64,000 nucleotides of DNA. Origin: a virus. The DNA lies in the IMG/VR virus record IMGVR_UViG_3300045988_080954. The stretch is one strand, 5' to 3'. This document shows, one piece after another, positions 53,657 to 60,275 of this stretch. The translations under genes were made by a program, and so were the position numbers. Position 1 is the first letter of the stretch. The number at the start of each line of letters is the position of its first letter. The notes under the pieces are model-generated. The model did no database searches. It was not told the DNA's origin and saw only the letters and a program-made list of their open reading frames with translations.

Positions 53657-54342
53657 AAGCGGTAATGATACAAGGACATATGGACACCGCCCGGTTTTCA
53701 ATTCCGGGATGGAATGGCAAGCGGGGCGAAACATACCCACTTCCGCCTTTTTCTACAATTGCCGGGATGGTCCATTTTCTTTGCAGGTGGGACAGTTGGC
53801 ATGATATGAAGATATCCGTATCCGGCAATGGAGTCATGAACAAGGCGGAGATTTGCGCGAGGTGGCGCGGCGGTGCTGTTGCAGGGTCAGAAACAGAAGA
53901 ATTTAAGCAGCGGTTCCCAGTCCGGGTGAAATCTGGGGATTCGTATGTAGGATGGGTTAATACACCAATTTATGAAGCGTTTGCCTCTGATCTGGATCTG
54001 CGGCTGCATATTATGCCGGATAGCCAAGAAGAAGTTGACGTAATTTACAGGAAAATCTTAAATCCCCGGACATTCCCAAGTCTGGGACGGCATGAAGACT
54101 TGATAAGAATTGACGACGTGCAGGTTGTCGATATTCTGCCGGCACAGGAAATGGCGCTTGATATGTGCGCGTATGCACCGTCTACAATTAAGGTACCCGG
54201 AACTGTTTACACAATTCACAAGGACTACGTGATCAAAAATGGAAAACGAAGATTTAATGACATTCCGGTGAAATATTTAGACCGAGGAATGAAAGTAATT
54301 ACAGATTGTGATAATTTAAACAATCCTTGCTTTTTCCTTTGA
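53653..54342 (+). CDS. cas5: Cas5-like RAMP protein (type I-B/Tneap style), orphan (229 aa)
   Basis: VMIQGHMDTARFSIPGWNGKRGETYPLPPFSTIAGMVHFL matches the Cas5 N-terminal signature. FPSLGRHEDLIRIDDVQVVDI matches the recalled Cas5t SLGR-x-ED-x-x-RID motif. ATGA overlap with the upstream gene. Confidence 0.7.
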   Translation: MKAVMIQGHMDTARFSIPGWNGKRGETYPLPPFSTIAGMVHFLCRWDSWHDMKISVSGNGVMNKAEICARWRGGAVAGSETEEFKQRFPVRVKSGDSYVGWVNTPIYEAFASDLDLRLHIMPDSQEEVDVIYRKILNPRTFPSLGRHEDLIRIDDVQVVDILPAQEMALDMCAYAPSTIKVPGTVYTIHKDYVIKNGKRRFNDIPVKYLDRGMKVITDCDNLNNPCFFL

Positions 54343-54361
54343 TTTGTGTTATTATTCAGAT

Positions 54362-54443
54362 AACAGTTACGAATGTAACTGAATGTAAAATCAAATTGGT
54401 AATGAATTATTTTTAATAGTTCCATAGTGGAAAGGCACAAAAT
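54362..54443 (+). ncRNA. two CRISPR-repeat-like hairpin units (solitary-repeat / mini-array candidate)
   Basis: Unit 1, 54362-54391: AACAGTTACGAATGTAACTGAATGTAAAAT, with stem CAGTTAC/GTAACTG and tail AATGTAAAAT. Unit 2, 54415-54443: AATAGTTCCATAGTGGAAAGGCACAAAAT, with stem TTCCA/TGGAA. They share AA-AGTT 5' ends and AAAAT 3' ends and are 23 nt apart. Confidence 0.4.
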
Positions 54444-54474
54444 AAGCCCCTGAGAGATAATCCCGGGGGCTTTT
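54444..54474 (+). terminator. intrinsic terminator ending the cas5 operon
   Basis: GCCCC (54446-54450) pairs with GGGGC (54466-54470), followed by TTTT. Confidence 0.65.
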
Positions 54475-54593
54475 GCTGTCTTATTCTGGCGGCGTAACGA
54501 GTGAGGGGGAACAACCCCGCCGCCGAAGCTGTTAAAATACATATAGCACAAAACTGCCGAAGTTGTCAAGCAAAAATTTTTTTATTTTGGGTC

Positions 54594-54737
54594 TTGATTT
54601 TTAAAACTGATGCGGATAAAATAAAAATAACGACAGGCGACGGAACTCAGGACGGGAGCTGCAAGTCAGAGCGTGAAAAGAATAAGATTTTAACAGCCAG
54701 ATCAAGCCGGACAAGGTGCCGGAAGGTCTGGCTTTTT
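54594..54737 (+). ncRNA. candidate small RNA of about 110 nt (promoter to terminator, no ORF)
   Basis: TTGATT (54594)-N17-TAAAAT (54617). Terminator AGCCAGA (54695-54701) / TCTGGCT (54727-54733) with inner CCGG/CCGG stem and T5. No ATG-initiated ORF between them. Confidence 0.35.
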
Positions 54738-54937
54738 GTGTTTAATAGCCAGAAAATGACCGTATTACATAACGTATAAGTATATAATAACTGTTTTTAT
54801 AATCCCGTCCAAGATTCCAGAGACCTAGAGTTTATTAATATACATACTATACAGTACTGTATAGATATATATAGTTATACTAATATACCTAGATAAATGA
54901 TACGCATATTAAAAATCTATAAAAATAAAATAGGGGA

Positions 54938-55100
54938 TTGACAGATAGACAATACCTGTGATAAAACAGATTTAACAACTGAATAAGCCAGAGGGCGAAC
55001 GAAAACATTTTTATTTTTGTAACATTTTTGAAAGTATACCGAGTTAATCACGGCGCATTGTTTACAATGCAAATTATTTTGTGATGACTCGGTTTTTTTT
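54938..55100 (+). promoter_or_regulatory. promoter plus structured leader ending in a strong terminator just upstream of terS
   Basis: TTGACA (54938-54943)-N15-TGa-TAAAAC. Stem ACCGAGTTAATCAC (55038-55051) / GTGATGACTCGGT (55081-55093) enclosing GCATTG-ttta-CAATGC, then T8. The terS GTG is 34 nt downstream. Confidence 0.45.
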
Positions 55101-55133
55101 ATTTTATTAGCACGATGAAGTGGAGGTGATACA

Positions 55134-55715
55134 GTGAAAAGGAACAATACAGTAGTTACAGATCAGGGAATAGAAGTATATGCCAGTACGATTAATTATT
55201 ATGCTGATGAATATGTTGATTCACTGTATGACCAAGAGGAGATACATAAGTCAAACAGTAATCAATTCACTGGTATGATTAAGTATATCAATAAGCATAT
55301 TGGCTTTGATAGAAGAATACTGGAAGATATAGACATTTTAAATGAAATATGGGACGCATATACAGAATTGGTCTATAAATACAACCAGAAACCGACGATA
55401 GAAGAATATGCTTTACTGATTGGTATTCATAGGGATACTATTTATTCGTGGGCAAAAGGAGAGTGCAGAGCTGATGACTATTGTGAAAAGCTAAGCCTCT
55501 CGCGCTCCGACACGATTAAAAAATGGCAAGATGAATGCGCACTTGGACGATATAAAAGCGCAGCTTCCGGGAACGTTGGTGGCATATTCCTTTGCAAGGC
55601 CGTTGACGGCATGGCAGAGACGGCACCAGTCCAGATAGATCAGCGACAGGACAAGCCACGTGAGAGCCTGGAGCAGATCAAAGAAGAGTTTGGCGGGTTG
55701 CTGACAGGAGAGTGA
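55134..55715 (+). CDS. terS: terminase small subunit-like protein (193 aa)
   Basis: GTG after GGAGGTGA. PTIEEYALLIGIHRDTIYSWAKG HTH and SGNVGGIFLCKAVDG resemble the recalled TerS pattern (...GAIFLLK...). No large subunit follows within the window. Confidence 0.6.
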   Translation: MKRNNTVVTDQGIEVYASTINYYADEYVDSLYDQEEIHKSNSNQFTGMIKYINKHIGFDRRILEDIDILNEIWDAYTELVYKYNQKPTIEEYALLIGIHRDTIYSWAKGECRADDYCEKLSLSRSDTIKKWQDECALGRYKSAASGNVGGIFLCKAVDGMAETAPVQIDQRQDKPRESLEQIKEEFGGLLTGE

Positions 55716-56157
55716 GGCAAGATAGGACGTATCAAGAGCCTAGAAATGTACATAACCCACGGACAAACGGCACGAAAACAAGGTAAATTAGCAGAAATTG
55801 TGCAATATACATAAACACAAGTCTTCAAACTGTGCAATCTGTACACTAATCTATATAAAAAACTGTTGTTTTTCTTATAGATGTAATATTCTGACAATTA
55901 TTCGGTCATTTTGCTTCCTTGATTACTGCCGCAGGCGTTCAAATCATCAGCGTTAAGACCGGAGCAGCGGGAACCCATGGGGCGGCGGGCTGTCCGGTCA
56001 GCGTCCGTAGGAGATACCCGGAGGGGGGTGTAGATAGCACCTCGGACACGCCTAGTAAGTACTCCGAGTTCCCGAAAAATTAAAAAAGCCTTCTCCAACA
56101 ACAAGGCTTAAAAATTCCAAAAAAATAAAAAGAGCCCCGTGTTAGAAAGGCGAAAAA

Positions 56158-56370
56158 ATGAGACAGATCGTGAATAATGGCGGATACCTGAGATCAGCGT
56201 TAATGGATGTAGCTAATCAGCTTTTGAATATCTGCAATGAAACAGGAATTATGAACATTCAATTGACAACAGCATCTTGGGAAAACGATAAAGGCATTAC
56301 GCTTTTAGTAAAAACCGGAGATAAGCCAATTCTTTCAGTAAAAATGGACACTGCCTATGAAAAAGAATAA
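56158..56370 (+). CDS. hypothetical protein (70 aa)
   Basis: ATG ORF after AAAGGCGAAAAA. Confidence 0.45.
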   Translation: MRQIVNNGGYLRSALMDVANQLLNICNETGIMNIQLTTASWENDKGITLLVKTGDKPILSVKMDTAYEKE

Positions 56371-56506
56371 CTCTCAGGGTGAATCAATCAGAATCCGGCT
56401 CACATATCAGTTAGAGCAAAAGCTCATTACCGAGAAGAACAGAACCGGAAAGAGCGTATCACAGATCACCCGTGAAGCATTGGAACAATACTTCCGAAAG
56501 AGGTAG
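56357..56506 (+). CDS. ribbon-helix-helix protein (49 aa)
   Basis: Below the cutoff. ESIRIRLTYQLEQKLITEKNRTGKSVSQITREALEQYF is a CopG-like beta-alpha-alpha. Confidence 0.45.
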   Translation: MKKNNSQGESIRIRLTYQLEQKLITEKNRTGKSVSQITREALEQYFRKR

Positions 56507-56556
56507 CCAATATCTCAACCTCAAAAATTTTTCAAAAAATAAAAAAGGGGTTCAAT

Positions 56557-56877
56557 ATGACAGAAGAATACAGTGAGCGTTTTGACCAGCTTCGCAAGAA
56601 TCGAGTCGAAGTAAGTTATCATAAATACGGGCCAGCTAGAAAGAATTATAAAACCGGGAACGTGCAGGCACTCCCGTCCATGGAACGATGTATTGAGAAA
56701 TATAATTCCACCGGAAACACAGAATATCTTGTAGATGCGGCAAATTACATCATGTTTGAGTTCATGTACCCGCAGCACCCTAAAGCACACTTCAAAGCCA
56801 CAGACAGCAAAGATAGCGCCGGGATAGTCGGAATCAGCGTAAAGGAAATGGAGGACTTGATGAATGAACAATACTAA
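56557..56877 (+). CDS. hypothetical protein, possibly MazG-like NTP pyrophosphohydrolase (106 aa)
   Basis: YHKYGP...GNTEYLVDAANYIMFEF resembles the all-alpha NTP-PPase pattern. Weak call. Confidence 0.4.
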   Translation: MTEEYSERFDQLRKNRVEVSYHKYGPARKNYKTGNVQALPSMERCIEKYNSTGNTEYLVDAANYIMFEFMYPQHPKAHFKATDSKDSAGIVGISVKEMEDLMNEQY

Positions 56878-57073
56878 CTCTGTAACTATTACGTACGCAG
56901 TAGCCGTTCTGAGACACGAACTTCTTACACATGGAGAAGTTTACAATGGTTTCAAAGCAAGCCTTAAAACAGCGATTGAGAAGTACTGTACATGCGGCCT
57001 GCCATTCGAGCCAGAAGACGAAACCGCCGGTAAGATTCTTGATTTCATGATCGGAGAGGAACAAAGAGAATGA
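56864..57073 (+). CDS. hypothetical protein (69 aa)
   Basis: Overlapping co-oriented ORF. Confidence 0.4.
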   Translation: MNNTNSVTITYAVAVLRHELLTHGEVYNGFKASLKTAIEKYCTCGLPFEPEDETAGKILDFMIGEEQRE

Positions 57074-57246
57074 TTTTAGCAAAAGTCGTAGCAGCCATGT
57101 TGGATATTGCATTTTTTACATTGGTTTTAGCATTTCTTATATCACAGGACGAAAACGAAAAGAAAAGCAATCCAATAGCATCAGCAGTATTTATATTGAT
57201 GGAAATATGTTTCGTGGTTAATGCAGTTGTGATTTTTAGATTATAA
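57070..57246 (+). CDS. small membrane protein (58 aa)
   Basis: Below the cutoff. ATGA overlap. Two hydrophobic segments. Confidence 0.4.
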   Translation: MILAKVVAAMLDIAFFTLVLAFLISQDENEKKSNPIASAVFILMEICFVVNAVVIFRL

Positions 57247-57256
57247 GGAGAACCCA

Positions 57257-57394
57257 ATGCGGTTAGCATTCACAATACAAATTCCCCTGTTCACCATACT
57301 GATTGAACGGGTGAAAATACAAGAAAATCAGAAGCCTGTCGTTCTCAGGTCTGGGAAAGCCTTTGAATCTGACAGGTCGAGGCATCCCGAGTAG
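57257..57394 (+). CDS. possible small protein (45 aa)
   Basis: Below the cutoff. AAGGAG lies 6 nt upstream. The sequence is also strongly self-complementary, so it could instead be the 5' part of the structured RNA locus. Confidence 0.3.
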   Translation: MRLAFTIQIPLFTILIERVKIQENQKPVVLRSGKAFESDRSRHPE

Positions 57395-57534
57395 CTTAGG
57401 TCTGCGTCAGTGAAATATAATTTCCCGAAGTAACTGGCGCGGACTTAACGATACAAATATAGACATGATGCTTTCTAAAATTTTATAAAATATATCACTC
57501 TATCACGAGTCCGGGGTGCTACCCGGACAAACAA

Positions 57535-57606
57535 TGGGCTATCGCCAAGTGGTAAGGCACAGCACTTTGACTGCTGTATTCGCGGGTTCGAATCCCGCTA
57601 GCCCAG
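57535..57606 (+). tRNA. tRNA-Gln (anticodon TTG)
   Basis: Hand-folded cloverleaf: TGGGCTA/TAGCCCA acceptor, CAGCA-CTTTGAC-TGCTG anticodon arm, GCGGG-TTCGAAT-CCCGC T-arm. Close by eye to E. coli tRNA-Gln. No encoded CCA. Confidence 0.85.
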
Positions 57607-57650
57607 TCGGACTATATTGTTTAGCCATGATATAGTTCCCCTCCAAAGGT

Positions 57651-57702
57651 TTCATCTATCCCAACGGGGATGACTAAAGGGGCTTCAAATGCCCCGGATG
57701 GA
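57651..57702 (+). ncRNA. tRNA-like element lacking one arm (52 nt)
   Basis: TTCATCT / GGATGGA acceptor-like stem (2 G-U pairs), ATCCC-AACG-GGGAT hairpin, GGGGC-TTCAAAT-GCCCC T-arm. Confidence 0.3.
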
Positions 57703-57824
57703 CTCTGCGAATATTGCAGAACAACGGTTTCATTTCAGATCAGACCCTTTGTTGCGACTGAGAGGGCATGAATCGCAACAGTAGAGGATGTTTACTCTTG
57801 AACTACAATGAGCACCTCTACTTA

Positions 57825-57898
57825 GGACATTTAGTTCAGTTGGTCAGAACGCCCGGCTCATAACCGGGTAGTCCGGGGTTCGAGTCCCTGAATGTCCA
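57825..57898 (+). tRNA. tRNA with CAT anticodon (elongator Met or Ile2)
   Basis: GGACATT/AATGTCC acceptor, GTTC/GAAC D-stem, CCCGG-CTCATAA-CCGGG, CGGGG-TTCGAGT-CCCTG. G1-C72 pair argues against an initiator. Confidence 0.85.
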
Positions 57899-58294
57899 TT
57901 TCTCCTGTACAATGCCACCCAAGCCGTTATCCGGGTGGAGAAACTTTTCAGAAGAACGATGTTGGAAATCATGATGACCACGATACGGCGTGTAGATCAC
58001 ATATTTCCATTTCCGTTTTCTGAAAGCATTTCAGAGTTTACGGGGTTGACGAACCCGGGAGTTTCAAGGAATGCAGGAATCCGATAACAATGGTTGTTAT
58101 ATTTCAAATCGACATGAATATCTCCGTGGAGCATACCACGGTTATCAAAAAGCCGTACAGTTATCAAGCCAGACGTTATCTACAAAAGGTTGGCGGCGCG
58201 CTCCTGTAAGCGTCGTGAGAAAAACAGGATAGTGGAAAGCATAAGCTAAGGCATAACACGATAAACATATTGCTAACCCGGGAATCCGGGTTCT

Positions 58295-58377
58295 GGGAGA
58301 ATATTCTGTAGAGGTAGCAGGGCTGACTGTAAATCAGTTGTTTAACGGCTCGGGTGGTTCGACTCCATCTTCTCCCA
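58295..58377 (+). tRNA. tRNA-Tyr (anticodon GTA), long variable arm
   Basis: GGGAGAA/TTCTCCC acceptor, GCTGA-CTGTAAA-TCAGT, GGTGG-TTCGACT-CCATC. D-stem is weak (G-U pairs). Confidence 0.7.
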
Positions 58378-58491
58378 TTCGCAGGGTAGAGAAGCGGCAT
58401 CTCGCAAGGCTCAGACTTATCGTCACAGTGGCTGAATATGGTTGCAAGTATGATGGATAAGGGGAAACCCTAATCATGTTTGAATAGTTGA

Positions 58492-58576
58492 GCTGACGTA
58501 CCGAAATGGTTATAACGGCGTAGTCTTGAAAACTAATGTGGTGAAAGCCCTGTAGGTTCGAATCCTACCGTCAGCG
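58492..58576 (+). tRNA. tRNA-Ser (anticodon TGA), long variable arm
   Basis: GCTGACG/CGTCAGC acceptor, CCG/CGG D-stem, TAGT-CTTGAAA-ACTA (27-43 mismatch), GTAGG-TTCGAAT-CCTAC. Confidence 0.7.
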
Positions 58577-58580
58577 TTAT

Positions 58581-58663
58581 GGTGCATTGCTGTAATGGTA
58601 TCAGAGTAGGTTGCTAACCTATCCAACAGAAATGTTGTACACGTTCGAATCGTGTATGCACCG
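58581..58663 (+). tRNA. tRNA-Ser (anticodon GCT), long variable arm
   Basis: GGTGCAT/ATGCACC acceptor, CTG/CAG D-stem, GTAGG-TTGCTAA-CCTAT, variable hairpin AACA-GAAA-TGTT, ACACG-TTCGAAT-CGTGT. Confidence 0.8.
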
Positions 58664-58715
58664 TTCCAATGAATTGCCATCATTGGAAACAGGTAATATC
58701 TGTACCGTTCCGACT

Positions 58716-58771
58716 CCAGTGTTTCTCGTTGGGAGATTTATGCCGTTCAAGTCGGCACACTGGATTTTTTT
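58716..58771 (+). ncRNA. tRNA-like element without an anticodon arm, doubling as the terminator of the tRNA cluster
   Basis: CCAGTGT/ACACTGG acceptor-like stem, CTC-GTTGG-GAG D-arm-like hairpin, GCCG-TTCAAGT-CGGC T-arm, then A and T7. Confidence 0.3.
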
Positions 58772-58787
58772 AATTGAGGTGTTAATT

Positions 58788-58937
58788 ATGCAAAAAGAAA
58801 AGTGTTGTAAAACATGTAGGAAACATGATGATTTTACATGGGTATGTTTCAACGGCGACAGTGAACACTGCGCTAATTTTACGGAACCAGATTGTGTTTG
58901 CGAATTTTGGGAGGACGCAGAAAATGAAAATTTATGA
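58788..58937 (+). CDS. small Cys-rich protein (49 aa)
   Basis: ATG at 58788 follows GAGGTG. The upstream part of the track ORF overlaps tRNA genes. CCKTCRKH...C...C...CVC. Confidence 0.45.
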   Translation: MQKEKCCKTCRKHDDFTWVCFNGDSEHCANFTEPDCVCEFWEDAENENL

Positions 58938-59199
58938 GGCAATATGTTTGAGAGATACATATGGTGGAGAAACGACTCTTGATGATCTTGTGAAACTAAT
59001 GCAAGGAAACAAAATTCACAGATGTCCGAAGTGCGGCGGAAGTGGAACTATTATCAAAAGAGTAAATCGTGCGCAATACTGGGAATGTTGTGCTGATTAC
59101 GTAGAAAAAGAAGTCACTTGCGACTTATGCAACGGCGAAGGGTATACTGAAAAAATATACAAACCTAGAATGGTACAGGATGGATGGGAATGCAAATAG
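58924..59199 (+). CDS. DnaJ-type CxxCxGxG zinc-finger protein (91 aa)
   Basis: CPKCGGSG and CDLCNGEG. Confidence 0.5.
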   Translation: MKIYEAICLRDTYGGETTLDDLVKLMQGNKIHRCPKCGGSGTIIKRVNRAQYWECCADYVEKEVTCDLCNGEGYTEKIYKPRMVQDGWECK

Positions 59200-59351
59200 C
59201 AGGAAAAGAAATTAAAGACGAATGTTCTAAATGTGGAAACATCCTTGAATGTGAATTGTTCCGCCAGGGACATGGAATAAAACAGGAACGTGAGAACATA
59301 GCGAAGATGATTGAATGCCAGATGAAGCACAGGGAGGAAAGAGAAAAATGA
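59190..59351 (+). CDS. small Cys-containing protein (53 aa)
   Basis: Below the cutoff. Overlaps both neighbours. CSKCGNILEC. Confidence 0.35.
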   Translation: MQIAGKEIKDECSKCGNILECELFRQGHGIKQERENIAKMIECQMKHREEREK

Positions 59352-59557
59352 TTAAGATTTTGAAACCCGGCACATTAAAAGAAGCAACTTGTGACAAATG
59401 CGGCGCAGTATTGAGCTATGACGAATCCAAAGACGTGAAAGAAGAAAACATAGAGAAGCATTTTGTTACAAATATGCCATCTGGATTTGGGTACAAGCAA
59501 AAATACATTATTTGCCCGCAATGTAAGAACAAAATTATTTTAAGCTCGACCAGATAG
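59348..59557 (+). CDS. zinc-ribbon protein (69 aa)
   Basis: CDKCGA...CPQCKN. ATG at 59348 follows GGGAGGAAAGAG. Confidence 0.45.
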   Translation: MIKILKPGTLKEATCDKCGAVLSYDESKDVKEENIEKHFVTNMPSGFGYKQKYIICPQCKNKIILSSTR

Positions 59558-59569
59558 GGGGCGTATTTC

Positions 59570-59809
59570 ATGTTAAAAAAGATATTCAATCTTTACATAA
59601 GATATAAGACTAAAAACCTCAAAGCAATCCCACTGTTCACAATGACGTTCAACTGGAAGAAATTCCAGAAAGACGGCAAAAAGGATAGCTGTTTACTATA
59701 TGCATTGCATCCAGATATCGCAAATGATTTGGTTTTACGCAGAAAACTGTCTGAATGCGTAGATTATATCCGTGATAACTATGACATGGAAATATTTACT
59801 AAGATTTAA
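59570..59809 (+). CDS. hypothetical protein (79 aa)
   Basis: Co-oriented ORF. Confidence 0.45.
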   Translation: MLKKIFNLYIRYKTKNLKAIPLFTMTFNWKKFQKDGKKDSCLLYALHPDIANDLVLRRKLSECVDYIRDNYDMEIFTKI

Positions 59810-59820
59810 AGGTTAGACTT

Positions 59821-60045
59821 ATGAGAATTAATTATTCAGGAACCGATATTGGATTTCTTGACATTGTATATAATCTCGAAGGAGAATGTCACCGAATGAA
59901 CATCCCGACTAGATTCTATCCAGATAAACATGTGCTTTTGACAGGAAACACTGTTCTATTTCATAAAAAACCAGAATATTCCGATTATATTGGAGATAAC
60001 TACGAAACAATTTTGACCTTAGTAAGAAAGGATAATGGAAAATGA
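59821..60045 (+). CDS. hypothetical protein (74 aa)
   Basis: Co-oriented ORF. Confidence 0.45.
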   Translation: MRINYSGTDIGFLDIVYNLEGECHRMNIPTRFYPDKHVLLTGNTVLFHKKPEYSDYIGDNYETILTLVRKDNGK

Positions 60046-60275
60046 GCATTAAAACAGCACTCGAATCAGAAGGCGTAGATTTCTCTGAATATATGAATAT
60101 GCCTGAGCCATGGGACGGAACAGCACAAATCAAAATAGTAAACGGCGAAAAATGGGTGATATGTCCTTATTGCTTCAAAAAGGCGCTGAAAATTCTTCCT
60201 ACCACGAAAATTCATCGGATGCCGTACAAATGTAAGGGTAGCAACTGCAAGAAAGAGTTTATGGTGAATGTATGA
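60042..60275 (+). CDS. zinc-ribbon protein (77 aa)
   Basis: CPYCFKK...YKCKGSNCKKEF. Confidence 0.45.
   Translation: MSIKTALESEGVDFSEYMNMPEPWDGTAQIKIVNGEKWVICPYCFKKALKILPTTKIHRMPYKCKGSNCKKEFMVNV

Noticed and set aside
54362-54443. Calling the hairpin units a CRISPR array
   Set aside because: There are only two units. They are diverged from each other (about half the positions match) and only 23 nt apart. That does not meet the pattern of regular repeats and spacers, so I report them as a repeat-like ncRNA candidate instead.
55640-56104. Minus-strand ORFs 55640..55897 and 55898..56104
   Set aside because: They have no RBS and give composition-driven products. The first overlaps the terS 3' end.
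57825-57898. Calling the CAT-anticodon tRNA an initiator
   Set aside because: It has a paired 1-72 position and lacks the three consecutive G-C pairs at the base of the anticodon stem. I left it as elongator Met or Ile2, which sequence alone cannot distinguish.
58176-58937. 58176..58400(-) and the N-terminal 59 codons of 58611..58937(+)
   Set aside because: Both overlap hand-folded tRNA genes. Only the distal part, from ATG 58788 with a GAGGTG RBS, is kept.
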